Shown here: positions 40,633 to 51,180 of the stretch, one piece after another
Numbering within the stretch: the first letter of the stretch is position 1
Layout of the letters: every line of letters starts with the position of its first letter
IMG/VR virus record: IMGVR_UViG_3300028384_001046
Coordinates: 1 to 64,000 of that record
Reading direction: 5' to 3' (one strand)
Length of the DNA stretch: 64,000 nucleotides
Source: a virus
Position numbers and translations under genes: made by a program
Notes under the pieces: model-generated
The model's input: the letters and a program-made list of their open reading frames with translations, nothing else
Told to the model about the DNA's origin: nothing
Databases searched by the model: none

Positions 40633-43600
40633 ATGACCGTTTATGTCTACGATGAAAATAAGGTAGATGTATTCGTTGCAGAAGATGCAGGTTTGGTAAC
40701 CGCCTCTGCGACGATAACGGCTGACTATGGCAATATTTCAGACACCGCTGACGATGATCGCGGCGAAGATAATTTTAATCCTTGGTATTTTGGTCTAATT
40801 ACAGACCTTGATGATGTTCTACCATTTGGTAATTTTGAAGTTGGTGGAGAAGCAGAACCACTAATTTCTCCAAAGATTCCTGGTGGTGGACTATTCCGTA
40901 TAGAAGATATTGCAGAAGTATCGTATGTAACCCCCTGGAGAGGGTCTGGAACCCTCTTCGAGATCGGTGGCGGTCTGGAAAGACTGGTCATCCCAGATTT
41001 GGGTGCCGCAGGACCATCTCCATCCATTTACGGACAAGCCCACGAATCCAATACATTCGTTGAAATCGGATCTGGTACACTCGCTCAACTTTCTGACGAA
41101 GGAGCGACAGCCAAGTTTAATAGGTATCCCTGGGACGCTTCAGGTACTCTTACCCTCAGTGGATACAACTCCACCCAATTTCCAGACGATTTCATTGCGG
41201 TCATTAAAAATGTTGCGAAGGTCAAAGGCACAGGTCCTTCTCGCGTCATTTATGATTATAGTCTGGATCCAGATACAGAATTTGATGCTGAGAATTACGG
41301 ATTCGTTACCCAGGTACAGGGAGGCAAATTCTCAGATAATGATGATCTGACATTTGATAGAATTATTACTAAGAGGAAAGATAGATCCTTTAGTGATAAT
41401 GATCTTCTTGAAAATGAGAATTATGGTGATATTACCGTATCTACCCAAGAAAAAGTTCTCCCAGTTGATATTCTGCCAGATGATCTGGCCAACTATGAGG
41501 TTTCTTACAGTAGAACATCAATCCTAGACAGTGGTTCTGGAACTGGGGCCACTGGTGGATTTGATATCGGAAGACATGTTAAGTTCGGTAATGATGGTGG
41601 ATCTAGAGAGTTTTATTGGAGATTTGACACTACAGATTCCGAATACATCAAAGTCACTGCCATTAGAGGTAATGATGTTAATGGTGGTGAAGATCCAGAC
41701 ACTACTCAGGAAAGTCTATATCTCGATAGATGGACTGGAAGTAGTTGGATAAGAATTGATACAGTCATTGCATTTAATGACACTTCTTTCAATTCTCTCA
41801 AAGAAGTATCGATTCCTCTTACTCCAACGAATAGAGGAAATTATTTCTATAGACTTAGACAAGATAATTCAAGTGGTAGTGCTAGTTGGGATCATTATGG
41901 TATTACTAATATCACCTATGATCTCAGGCAAACCTTCCCAATCGACACCGAAGATGATGGAATAATTCCAAGGAAACTGGGTGGTGGACTCTTTATGCAC
42001 GATTACCAGGCAACTGGTATCAGGGCTCAAGAGTCAATTCCATTCGCATATCTTGGTCTTGGATCTCTATTCTCTCTTGGAGAACTCGATCCAGAGAAGG
42101 ATGTCGATCAGGTATTTGCATATGCAGGTTCTGGTGGATTCAATGTTACTGGAGAGAACTTCTTCAGTCAGGCTCCACAGAGTACAATCTTCGGTGAAGA
42201 AGGTGAGTTCTCCTTCAGTGGATCTGCTGCAGAAGCATTTGTACCTGCAACTGTTGATAATACGGTACTGTTCAATCAGGTTGGATCTGCTGATGATAGG
42301 ATCATCTGGCAGGCTGGTGAACGTAAGGTTACCATCAGACCAATTGGATTTGGTTCTGTACTCCTTTCGGATACTCCGCCAACAAATACGGCAACTTTAT
42401 CCGTATCTGGAGAAGCAACAAGCATTCAAAGGACGTTTGTCGAAGAAAATGTAAGTCTATTCAACATCAGTGGAGATGCCGGCAATCCACTGGATGCAAG
42501 ATTCACTCCCCACTTCAGATCTGCTAGAGGAGATATTATCCTCCCAGATGAGGATTGGGGTCTTATTACTAACTCGGCTACCGAGTTTGAAGATTGGGGA
42601 TATATCAGAGAAGTTGCAACTACTTCTCTCGTATTTGGAGATATTCTTTCTCCATTCAATTACATTCAAATTGGCGGTCAGCATTATCCAAGTACGGATA
42701 CATTCTCTGTTGGGGAGTCCTCTTTTGCCAAACAGACACTTGGAGTTACTGGCATTGCAACCTTCAGACTATCTGAAGATTCCAGTCTGGAAAGAACATT
42801 CGATTACGAATCTTCAGGTATTACTGGTATTGCTACCTACAAGGCTGGTATCAATATCTTCGGTGCAAATTGGTTCAGTCAGGCTCCACAGAGTACAGTA
42901 TTTGGTCTCGAAGGAGAACTTACTCTTAGTGGTTCTGCTGACGAGTCCACCACTCCATTCATTGAACCTCAAGGAACTGATGGTAACTTCAGATTCCTTA
43001 CTGGATCTGCTGAAATTGTTATTGATTCGGTCACAAGAGCAATTGCACCTTCTGTACTTGGTGATGTCTATATTGGTGGAACGGCTGATATTAGATTCAG
43101 TCCTGCTGTCACTGGTGTTGGTATTGCTACATTCCGTCAAGGTAGAGAAGAATTCCAGACATATCTCAGAATCATTGATCCTGATATGGATCTGGTCCTT
43201 ACCACAATTGGTGGTGGACTTATCAATGAGGACTTTGTTAAGAGTTACAATGAGTCTTCCATCTACTATGGTCCTCAGGATGAGGATTATGGATCAATTC
43301 TCGATGCAGCTGCATATGGGATGGGTCTCAACTTCTCTGGGGCTGCATCTGATGTTGAAACCTTTGATGGTGAGACTAATACTTACGACCAAGATGTACT
43401 GTTCAGCAACAACGGTCTAACTTATGACCAGAGCACTGGCGGAACCAGCGTTCTCCCAAGTTTCGACAAAACAGAATCGTATTCTGTTGATTTCTCAACA
43501 ACTGTTGTATCTGAAAATCTTGGTACTATCACCGAAGGTATTCCAATCCCAGGTGGTAAACCATACGATCAATATCTATATCCCTACTATCCTGGATTTA

Positions 43601-45750
43601 TTGATCAGGATATCGATGGCGGTTATGAAGATCATGGATTTATTAATGTTGATACGGATTCTCAAACAAGAGAACCATTTGGAAATCTTGATATTGAACA
43701 ACCACCAACCCTCACGATTACTAGATTCATTCCTCAATGGAATGGTTCTGGTACTATTGTTCCTTCTGGTACTGCAAGAGAAAGATTTATTACTTCGGAC
43801 GGCAATACCGTTCTCTTCGACTTTATTGGAACAACTTCTCCAGAGAAGTTCATTGCTCAGACTCCAGAAGATACAATTCTCCTCACCTTTGCTGGTGCAG
43901 CAGAAGATGAATCGGTAACCTTCAGCGAAGTTGGAATTGGAACCGCATACTTCTCTGATGCTGGTGTCGAGAGGGTTGAATTTGTCGAAATCGGAACTGG
44001 AATTCTTTCCTTCTCTGGTGAGGCAGTCGAGAGATCCTCTATGGATCCCCCAGAAGGAACATATCTCCACGTATTCAGTGGAGAAGATGTTGAACCTTCG
44101 ATTACCTACGCCTCTCAGGCAACCAAACCCACATTACGTTTGGTTGGTCAACTGGTTCATCCACAGATTGATTACACTCCACATTACGGTATTGATAGAA
44201 ATATTGGTATTGAGACTGGCATTACTCTTAACCCTGGAAGTTCTCCTGGAGAATATGGTAATCCTGGTATTGTCACTACCAGATTTATTCCAAATTATGA
44301 TGGTCTTGGCGTTATTTCTCTCAGTGGAAAAGCTATTGGTCGTACAAACGCACCAATCTTTACCTCTGGTACTATTCACATTCTCGGTGTTCACACCGCA
44401 GCTCAAGGAATCAGTTCTGGAAGAGAGACGGGTCTTACCGAAAGTTTCTCTCCTGGAACAATATTTGGTGGTCCTGGACAACTTACCTTCAAGGGAATTG
44501 CTCCAAATCGTCCGATTCAGGTCTTTGGTTATTACGGAGATGATAGAGATCCTGGTGCTGGTACATCTGGAGTTATTTCGATTGATCCTTCTCAGGAAGG
44601 AATCAAAATCAGATCTCTCGAAGATTATATCGGTGTTGGAACTGCATACTTCTCTGGAGCATATTCCGATCTATCTGCAACATTCAGAGAAATTGGAACG
44701 GGAGAACTCTACAAGTTCTCTGCTCTATACGAAAGAAGAACCTTCGATTATGTTGGTTCTGGCACACTTACTGCATCTGGAACAACAGATGCTGCAAGCA
44801 TCTTCCAGACTCCAGACAATACAGTTCTATTCACAGTTTCTGGAGAGGCACAAAAACTTGTCGCCCTCAAGGACGACATGGGTGGAACGATTTCCATCTA
44901 CAATACAGAAAAAATTGTTACTGGAATTACTCTTTCTATTGCAACTGAAGGCACGTTCAGTTTCTTTTCCAGTGGTGCGGAATCTATTGTCATTCCTTCA
45001 GATGCTACTACGGTTCTCTTCGATGTCGAAGGAATTGCCGATACCAGAGAAATTCAAGTCTACGGTTACTATGGAGATGATAGAGATCCTGGTACATCTG
45101 GAACTATCACAGTTGTTGGTGAACTTACACATCCACAGATTGACTTTACACCTGCAGAAACTGGATTTGGAGACATTTCTTTCTCAGGACAATCTAGCAT
45201 CAAGGCGCAACTTTCAGTTGTCGGAAAAGGAATTGCTACTCTTTCTGGATCTGCAACAGAAAAATTTGTCAGTGGCTCTGGATCAGATACAATTCTCTTC
45301 AACATCGATGGAGATGGAGAAACAGCTCTCAATTCTGTATATGGTTATTACGGAGACGACAAGGATCCTGGTACTTCTGGTCAACTCATATTCTCTGGAA
45401 TTGGCGACACAAAACCGATCCAAGTTTATGGATATTATGGAGACGACAAGGATCCTGGTACTTCTGGACAAATTACAATTTTTGGAAGACCTCTTGTCCA
45501 TCCAGAAGTCGATTATACCCCACATATTGGCAAAGACACTGCGATTTTATTCAAAATCGGTGGTGGTGTCAATATCCGAAGAACTTTTCCAGAAGTTATT
45601 GGAGAAGGATCTCTCTTTGGATTCGACTCTGGAGAAGAAGCATATGCAAGATCCACATATGTCGGCATCGGTGTTGCAAACTTCTTCTCGAATGCAGTCA
45701 CGGAAACTTTGGCATTTGAACCGTCTCGCGTATACGTTACTATCATTTAA
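40633..45750 (+). CDS. Large acidic repetitive virion/fibre protein
   Basis: 1705 aa; EDYG/DWG repeats, 4x GYYGDDxDPG..TSG, 3x HPxxDY/FTP. Confidence 0.7.
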   Translation: MTVYVYDENKVDVFVAEDAGLVTASATITADYGNISDTADDDRGEDNFNPWYFGLITDLDDVLPFGNFEVGGEAEPLISPKIPGGGLFRIEDIAEVSYVTPWRGSGTLFEIGGGLERLVIPDLGAAGPSPSIYGQAHESNTFVEIGSGTLAQLSDEGATAKFNRYPWDASGTLTLSGYNSTQFPDDFIAVIKNVAKVKGTGPSRVIYDYSLDPDTEFDAENYGFVTQVQGGKFSDNDDLTFDRIITKRKDRSFSDNDLLENENYGDITVSTQEKVLPVDILPDDLANYEVSYSRTSILDSGSGTGATGGFDIGRHVKFGNDGGSREFYWRFDTTDSEYIKVTAIRGNDVNGGEDPDTTQESLYLDRWTGSSWIRIDTVIAFNDTSFNSLKEVSIPLTPTNRGNYFYRLRQDNSSGSASWDHYGITNITYDLRQTFPIDTEDDGIIPRKLGGGLFMHDYQATGIRAQESIPFAYLGLGSLFSLGELDPEKDVDQVFAYAGSGGFNVTGENFFSQAPQSTIFGEEGEFSFSGSAAEAFVPATVDNTVLFNQVGSADDRIIWQAGERKVTIRPIGFGSVLLSDTPPTNTATLSVSGEATSIQRTFVEENVSLFNISGDAGNPLDARFTPHFRSARGDIILPDEDWGLITNSATEFEDWGYIREVATTSLVFGDILSPFNYIQIGGQHYPSTDTFSVGESSFAKQTLGVTGIATFRLSEDSSLERTFDYESSGITGIATYKAGINIFGANWFSQAPQSTVFGLEGELTLSGSADESTTPFIEPQGTDGNFRFLTGSAEIVIDSVTRAIAPSVLGDVYIGGTADIRFSPAVTGVGIATFRQGREEFQTYLRIIDPDMDLVLTTIGGGLINEDFVKSYNESSIYYGPQDEDYGSILDAAAYGMGLNFSGAASDVETFDGETNTYDQDVLFSNNGLTYDQSTGGTSVLPSFDKTESYSVDFSTTVVSENLGTITEGIPIPGGKPYDQYLYPYYPGFIDQDIDGGYEDHGFINVDTDSQTREPFGNLDIEQPPTLTITRFIPQWNGSGTIVPSGTARERFITSDGNTVLFDFIGTTSPEKFIAQTPEDTILLTFAGAAEDESVTFSEVGIGTAYFSDAGVERVEFVEIGTGILSFSGEAVERSSMDPPEGTYLHVFSGEDVEPSITYASQATKPTLRLVGQLVHPQIDYTPHYGIDRNIGIETGITLNPGSSPGEYGNPGIVTTRFIPNYDGLGVISLSGKAIGRTNAPIFTSGTIHILGVHTAAQGISSGRETGLTESFSPGTIFGGPGQLTFKGIAPNRPIQVFGYYGDDRDPGAGTSGVISIDPSQEGIKIRSLEDYIGVGTAYFSGAYSDLSATFREIGTGELYKFSALYERRTFDYVGSGTLTASGTTDAASIFQTPDNTVLFTVSGEAQKLVALKDDMGGTISIYNTEKIVTGITLSIATEGTFSFFSSGAESIVIPSDATTVLFDVEGIADTREIQVYGYYGDDRDPGTSGTITVVGELTHPQIDFTPAETGFGDISFSGQSSIKAQLSVVGKGIATLSGSATEKFVSGSGSDTILFNIDGDGETALNSVYGYYGDDKDPGTSGQLIFSGIGDTKPIQVYGYYGDDKDPGTSGQITIFGRPLVHPEVDYTPHIGKDTAILFKIGGGVNIRRTFPEVIGEGSLFGFDSGEEAYARSTYVGIGVANFFSNAVTETLAFEPSRVYVTII

Positions 45751-45753
45751 GTT

Positions 45754-45761
45754 TATAAATA
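45754..45761 (+). promoter_or_regulatory. T4-type late promoter
   Basis: Exact TATAAATA. Confidence 0.8.
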
Positions 45762-45794
45762 AATCAGAAGCATATCTTTCATGAGTTTTGAATC

Positions 45795-46253
45795 ATGACA
45801 AAGCAGGTTCAATTTAGAAAGGGAACTACAGCTGAACACTTTAACTTCACTGGAGCCCTTGCTGAAATTACTGTTGATACAGATAAAAATGTTGCTGTTG
45901 TTCATGATGGTGCAACCCCAGGAGGTTTTGAACTTTCAAAATCGAGATGGACTTACGTTGCTGGTGACACCGTAACTGGTACTAACCAAAAATATACGGT
46001 GGACTCAACATATAGTCCAACAGGACTGAATGTTACTCTTCCAACCCCCCGTGCAGTGGGTGACTGGGTTTGGATTGAAGACTTTGGTAATTTTATGAGT
46101 ATCAATCCAGTAAATATTATCTCGGATCAAGAATTTGAGAACGGACATCTCGTTAGAGAAAGCTCACCCTTTATTATGGATGTATCTGGAGCTTCCGTAA
46201 CATTCATTTGGAATGGAAGCCTTTGGAAAGTGTTCAACAATAGAGGCAGCTAA
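45795..46253 (+). CDS. Small fibre-associated protein with Mtd_N/HylP-like N-terminus
   Basis: VQFRKGTTAEH..FTGALAEITVDTDK...VHDG.TPGG; C-terminal TLP..GD domain. Confidence 0.75.
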   Translation: MTKQVQFRKGTTAEHFNFTGALAEITVDTDKNVAVVHDGATPGGFELSKSRWTYVAGDTVTGTNQKYTVDSTYSPTGLNVTLPTPRAVGDWVWIEDFGNFMSINPVNIISDQEFENGHLVRESSPFIMDVSGASVTFIWNGSLWKVFNNRGS

Positions 46254-46255
46254 CT

Positions 46256-46660
46256 ATGGCATTAACCCTAAGTAATTCTATTTCTGGTCGTTTTGAACCA
46301 TCAGAATCATCTGGTTTCTTCGTATATGCATTAAGAAGAGATGCAGAAAACATGCTGTACTTCTCCAAGGTTAGTGCTGCATCTACTGAACTAGGTGAGT
46401 TCTATCGTAACGACGGAACGGCAATTCCCGAGTTTGGTGACGGTATTGATTACGGTACATATGACGTTGGTGTTGGTAAAACATCAGTCATCCGTAATGA
46501 TATTGCTACTGAGAAAAAATCTTTAGATGATCCGAATGATAAATATCAACAGATCCGCTTTGACAGAAGGAACCTCTATTATTACATAGATGATGATGGT
46601 TTTTTCGTCATCAGGTTCAATGGACCAGATTATGATTACAACTCTATCGGACCCAAATAA
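46256..46660 (+). CDS. Conserved virion protein preceding tail fibre
   Basis: YALRRD, KYQQIRFD.RNLYYYIDDDG motifs. Confidence 0.7.
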   Translation: MALTLSNSISGRFEPSESSGFFVYALRRDAENMLYFSKVSAASTELGEFYRNDGTAIPEFGDGIDYGTYDVGVGKTSVIRNDIATEKKSLDDPNDKYQQIRFDRRNLYYYIDDDGFFVIRFNGPDYDYNSIGPK

Positions 46661-46679
46661 TAATTAAAAAGGAGAAACA

Positions 46680-49600
46680 ATGGCTGAGTTTAGACTTGGA
46701 AGAGTAAAATTCAACTGGACGGGCAACTGGGCACCTTCCAAATCCTACCTGATTGACGACATCGCCAAGTTTGGTGGCAATACTTATGTAGCGGTCGCTA
46801 ACCACACTTCCACGGCAAGCACTGCTAACTTCTATACCGACCTTGGAAATTGGAATCTACATATTGAGGGTCTGGAGCAAAGAGGCGAATGGACTACTGA
46901 TACTTATTACAGAGTCAACGATCTCGTCACTTATGCTAACGTAGTATATCGTGTTACTGAGGCACACACTTCTGTTGGTACATTTATCGATGAAACGAAG
47001 GTTGTTCAGTATGTCGCAGGATTTAATGCGGAAGGAGATTGGAGCTTAGAAGAAGATTACCAAAAAGGAGACGTTGTTAACTACAACGGATCGTCCTATG
47101 TTGCAATTACTACTTCCGTAGCAGGATTTGTTCCACCACAATTCATCGGTTTAGGAACAGGTAGCAAGTGGAATATTCTTGCTGATGGCCTTGCTGGTGC
47201 GGCAATCACATATACCGAGGGTACATACTATAGAGGCGATATGATCCTCTATGGTGGTAATACATATCGCCACAAGGTTGGTGTTACTACTAACGTTTCT
47301 CCAATTCAAGTTGGTTTGGGAAGTGTTGGTGATGCTGCTAGAGATGGCTCATCAACTTGGGATCTTTTGGTCAAAGGATTCAGTTTCGTTGGTAATTTCT
47401 CTACAACATTCGCATATCACCCAGGTCATGTTGTTAGATATGGATCTAACTCCTATGTCTCGGTTGGCAATTCCTTCGTAAATATTGACCCAGTTGTTGG
47501 TGTAGGCACCTATTGGGAGACACTGGCTGCTGGTGACTCCGCTGCTGCTCTGAACACTAAGGGTGATCTTCTTACCTATAACGGTGGTCCGGCTAGAATC
47601 GGTATTGGTTCTACTGGTTATGCTCTTGCAGTTCAGTCTAATGGACTACCTGGATACGAAATTGTAGGTAACCAGACTAGAATTTACTATGTTGACTCCG
47701 AGGATGGAATTGATACAAACAACGGTCTTGCACCTAACCTAGCATTTAGAACAATTAAACAGGCTTGTCGTTCTGCACGTCCTGATAACGCTATTACTGA
47801 TTTCGATTATACAGCTGCCACTGGTGTTGCGACAATCACATCTCCTGGTCACGGATTGGCTAACACTGGTACGTTTATCCAGTTGGCTGAAATTGAGTTT
47901 GAGTGTCTGTCTGGTGGTAATGTCTTCAACATCCTGGGCATGACCTACAACAAGTCTGTTGGTCTTGCAACTATCACGGCTATTGGTCTTGGTGCTGCTC
48001 CAGAAATCGGAATCGGTGCTACTGTAAGACTAAGAAACCTTGGTGTTTCGTTCACTGGTAACGCAAACTTCGATCACCAGTTCTCCAGTGCATTGGATGA
48101 TGCAGTTATCACTGGTGGTGATTATATCCACAACTTCGTTGCTGCTACTGCAGGTGCAGTCAACGTTGTGACTGGATCCCTTGCAGGTTCTCAGTTAACT
48201 CCAACAAACGCTGTTTACTCCGCAAATAGTGGTGAATTGGAGATCACAGTTGGTTCTCACGGCCTGTCTATTAGTGACACCATCAGCTTCGACGCCAATT
48301 CCATGACATTCACTTGTCAGATGGACGGTGGTACTGCTAATAAAACATATCCAAGAACAACTGACCCCGCATACGGCGTTAATCTTCCAATTAGTGCAAT
48401 TACTGCGAATACCTTCACAGTTAACGTTGGACCTTCTCCAATTGTAAACTTCAACGTTAGTGATGCAACATATAACCAGACCACTGGTGATATGACAATG
48501 ACCATCGGTATTCACCAACTTGATGTTGGCACATCGGTCAAACTTCTCACTGAAGGTCTGATCTTCAAGTGTTCCATGGATGGTTATCTAACCGACCACG
48601 CATATCCAAGAGCAACTGCTGGTGATGGTTCTCCTGACCCTGCATACAACACTGCTCTGTCAATTACTGCTGCAACAACTACCACCATCACAGTTAACGT
48701 TGGTACTGCAAGTTCTTCTCAGACAATTAACGGTAAGTTCCCTGCAGTTCACACTCAGGCATCTACCTTCCAGTTCCCAGTACAGGCTGTTCCTGATGCG
48801 AACTCTATCGTAGTTAACGTTGGTGCTTCTCAGACTGATTACCTCTACGTTTCTGGTGGTACTGCATTCGTTGGTGTTACTACAACTGTTTATCCTGATA
48901 AGGTTTCCAAGTCTTACTTTGAGGTTCTTCAGGTTATTGACGCTGACACCATCAGAACTAACGTTGGTATTTCTACTATCAACCACACATATGTAAGAGG
49001 TGGTCATCTAACTGACTTGACTCCTGCTATTCTGAAACTATCTGCTTCTCAGTTCTATGAGCAACTGCCAATCAAGGTTCCTCCTTTCACCTCGATTGTT
49101 GGTAACTCTCTAAGAGGTACTCAAGTTCTACCTGCTTCTGGTATTTCTGACGACAGTGTTACTCCTAACAACAGATCTCAGATGTTCCAAATGTCTGATG
49201 CAACTACGCTTCAGGCGCTTTCCATGAAAGGAATGGAAGGATTCTATTATGATCCACAAGCACCCTATGTACTCGATAATGCCAACCTAAGAACTGGTAT
49301 TGGTACTACCGCTTGTGGTGTTGTTTGTGCTCTAAACCCAGATTCTCCAATCAATAACAAGTCTCCTTACGTCAAGGATTGTACCGTATTCTCGGACAAT
49401 GCTTATGACTATGGTCGCTTCGGTGGTGGTGCAGTCGGCGTCTTCTGTGACGGTGGCGTCCATGACGAAGGTGCAAAATCGATGGTCTTTGACTCCTTCA
49501 CCCAGGTATCTTCTGATGGTGCTGGATTCATCCTCGACAAGAGTGCAATTGCTGAGATTGTCTCCTGTTTCACCTACTACTGTCAGTGGGGTTACTACTC

Positions 49601-51113
49601 TGGTGGTGGATCTAGAATCCGTTCTGTTGGTGGTAACAACTCCTATGGTGACTATGGTGTTATTGCATCTGGTTTCTCCACTGAGGAGACCCCAAGAACC
49701 GCAAGAGTCTTTGGTGCCCTGATGGCCGTTAATGGCGCTACTAAGGCAGGTACACTGGCAATCGGTGCTACCATGTTCGGTGCAACATCTGGTGCTCGTG
49801 GATGGTTCCTGAATGACCAAACTGCTGCAGATAAGATCTACTTCAAGTATCATCCTGGTTACGGTTCGGTTGGTCTTGGAACCACTGGATTCGTAGATGG
49901 TGAAGTTGTCTGGTTCGGTGATGGTGGTGAAAATGGTGCTGGTATTGGTTCCATCACGATGTCTGGTGTTACATCTTCTATCAGTGGACAAAAGGGTACA
50001 ATCCTTGAAGTTGATAATGTCTCTTCAACTCTATTGGTTGGTGACGCACTTGGATTCTCCACAACTTCTTACGGTGATGATGATCTCTTCTATATCATCA
50101 ATACCATTACAAATGTCTCTGCCGCGACTACGTACACGTATTACACGACGACTGGCATCGCAACCATAACATATCCAGAACGTGCTACATTGACCATTTC
50201 CCCAGAGAAATCTACTGGAACATGGGATACCAGAGAAGTTACTGGTGCAGGTTCTACTATTAGTATTAGAACTCTCTTCTCACAGTGTCGCCTAACAGGT
50301 CATGACTTCCTGAGTGTTGGTACTGGTAGTAAGGCAGAAACCAACTATCCTGATGTTGATCAAACTAGAATTATTCAGGGTAATGAAACTAATTACTTCG
50401 GTCCTGGTAAAGTCTTCTTTGTCTCTACTGACCAAGGTGGTAACTTCAGAGTTGGTCAATTCTTCTCCGTTGACCAGTTGACTGGTCGCGCCACCCTGGA
50501 CGCCTCCGCGTTCAACCTGTCTGGTCTGACTGAACTGAGACTGGGTGCAATTGGTGGTCAGGTCGGTGAGGCAATTAACGAATTCTCCTCTGACGAATTC
50601 ATGTCTGGTCTGTCCAATAATGCATGTCCTACTGAGGCTGCAGTTGCTGGATTCCTCCGCCACGGTTCGATGGGAACCAAGGCCATGACTCCTCCAGTTG
50701 GTACTACCGCTCAAAGACCTGGAGGCGTTGATGAAGAGTTCAACACTGGTGCTCTAAGATTTAACACCGATCTCGGTGCTCTTGAGTACTACAACGGAAC
50801 CAGTTGGATACAACCTGGAATTCAAGCTTATTCTACCGTGACTACTTCTGGATCAGTTGTATCTGGCACCACTTACTTTGTCAATACCAATGGCGGTCAA
50901 GTCACTCTAGATCTTCCCGCATCTCCTAATCTTGGAGATACCATTAGATTCTATGACGTTGCGAAGACATTCGATTCTAACAACTTAATTGTTGGACGTA
51001 ATGGAAAACTGATTCAGGGTGACGCTGCTAATATGACTGTTGCTCTTGAGGGTGCGTCATTTGAACTCACCTTCTCTGGTGACTCCTATGGTTGGAGACT
51101 GTTCTCCGTCTGA
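46680..51113 (+). CDS. Long tail fibre-like protein
   Basis: MAEFRLGR; W..Y..xDxVxYGG.xY carbohydrate-binding-type repeats; beta-helix-like middle; RLTGHDFL..GTG, STDQ.GNFRVG. Confidence 0.8.
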   Translation: MAEFRLGRVKFNWTGNWAPSKSYLIDDIAKFGGNTYVAVANHTSTASTANFYTDLGNWNLHIEGLEQRGEWTTDTYYRVNDLVTYANVVYRVTEAHTSVGTFIDETKVVQYVAGFNAEGDWSLEEDYQKGDVVNYNGSSYVAITTSVAGFVPPQFIGLGTGSKWNILADGLAGAAITYTEGTYYRGDMILYGGNTYRHKVGVTTNVSPIQVGLGSVGDAARDGSSTWDLLVKGFSFVGNFSTTFAYHPGHVVRYGSNSYVSVGNSFVNIDPVVGVGTYWETLAAGDSAAALNTKGDLLTYNGGPARIGIGSTGYALAVQSNGLPGYEIVGNQTRIYYVDSEDGIDTNNGLAPNLAFRTIKQACRSARPDNAITDFDYTAATGVATITSPGHGLANTGTFIQLAEIEFECLSGGNVFNILGMTYNKSVGLATITAIGLGAAPEIGIGATVRLRNLGVSFTGNANFDHQFSSALDDAVITGGDYIHNFVAATAGAVNVVTGSLAGSQLTPTNAVYSANSGELEITVGSHGLSISDTISFDANSMTFTCQMDGGTANKTYPRTTDPAYGVNLPISAITANTFTVNVGPSPIVNFNVSDATYNQTTGDMTMTIGIHQLDVGTSVKLLTEGLIFKCSMDGYLTDHAYPRATAGDGSPDPAYNTALSITAATTTTITVNVGTASSSQTINGKFPAVHTQASTFQFPVQAVPDANSIVVNVGASQTDYLYVSGGTAFVGVTTTVYPDKVSKSYFEVLQVIDADTIRTNVGISTINHTYVRGGHLTDLTPAILKLSASQFYEQLPIKVPPFTSIVGNSLRGTQVLPASGISDDSVTPNNRSQMFQMSDATTLQALSMKGMEGFYYDPQAPYVLDNANLRTGIGTTACGVVCALNPDSPINNKSPYVKDCTVFSDNAYDYGRFGGGAVGVFCDGGVHDEGAKSMVFDSFTQVSSDGAGFILDKSAIAEIVSCFTYYCQWGYYSGGGSRIRSVGGNNSYGDYGVIASGFSTEETPRTARVFGALMAVNGATKAGTLAIGATMFGATSGARGWFLNDQTAADKIYFKYHPGYGSVGLGTTGFVDGEVVWFGDGGENGAGIGSITMSGVTSSISGQKGTILEVDNVSSTLLVGDALGFSTTSYGDDDLFYIINTITNVSAATTYTYYTTTGIATITYPERATLTISPEKSTGTWDTREVTGAGSTISIRTLFSQCRLTGHDFLSVGTGSKAETNYPDVDQTRIIQGNETNYFGPGKVFFVSTDQGGNFRVGQFFSVDQLTGRATLDASAFNLSGLTELRLGAIGGQVGEAINEFSSDEFMSGLSNNACPTEAAVAGFLRHGSMGTKAMTPPVGTTAQRPGGVDEEFNTGALRFNTDLGALEYYNGTSWIQPGIQAYSTVTTSGSVVSGTTYFVNTNGGQVTLDLPASPNLGDTIRFYDVAKTFDSNNLIVGRNGKLIQGDAANMTVALEGASFELTFSGDSYGWRLFSV

Positions 51114-51180
51114 TACGTGACTATCTTTATTATGATTTTTCTTTATCCTTCGTCTAAATAAAACTAATCTAGGATCGTAA

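Noticed and set aside
43931-45784. 617-aa overlapping ORF (and the 316-aa one at 42470) in the +1 frame of the 1705-aa gene
   Set aside because: Stops in +1 need NTA/NTG codons, which this gene avoids in favour of NTT/NTC; the Leu-rich translation is a shadow frame.
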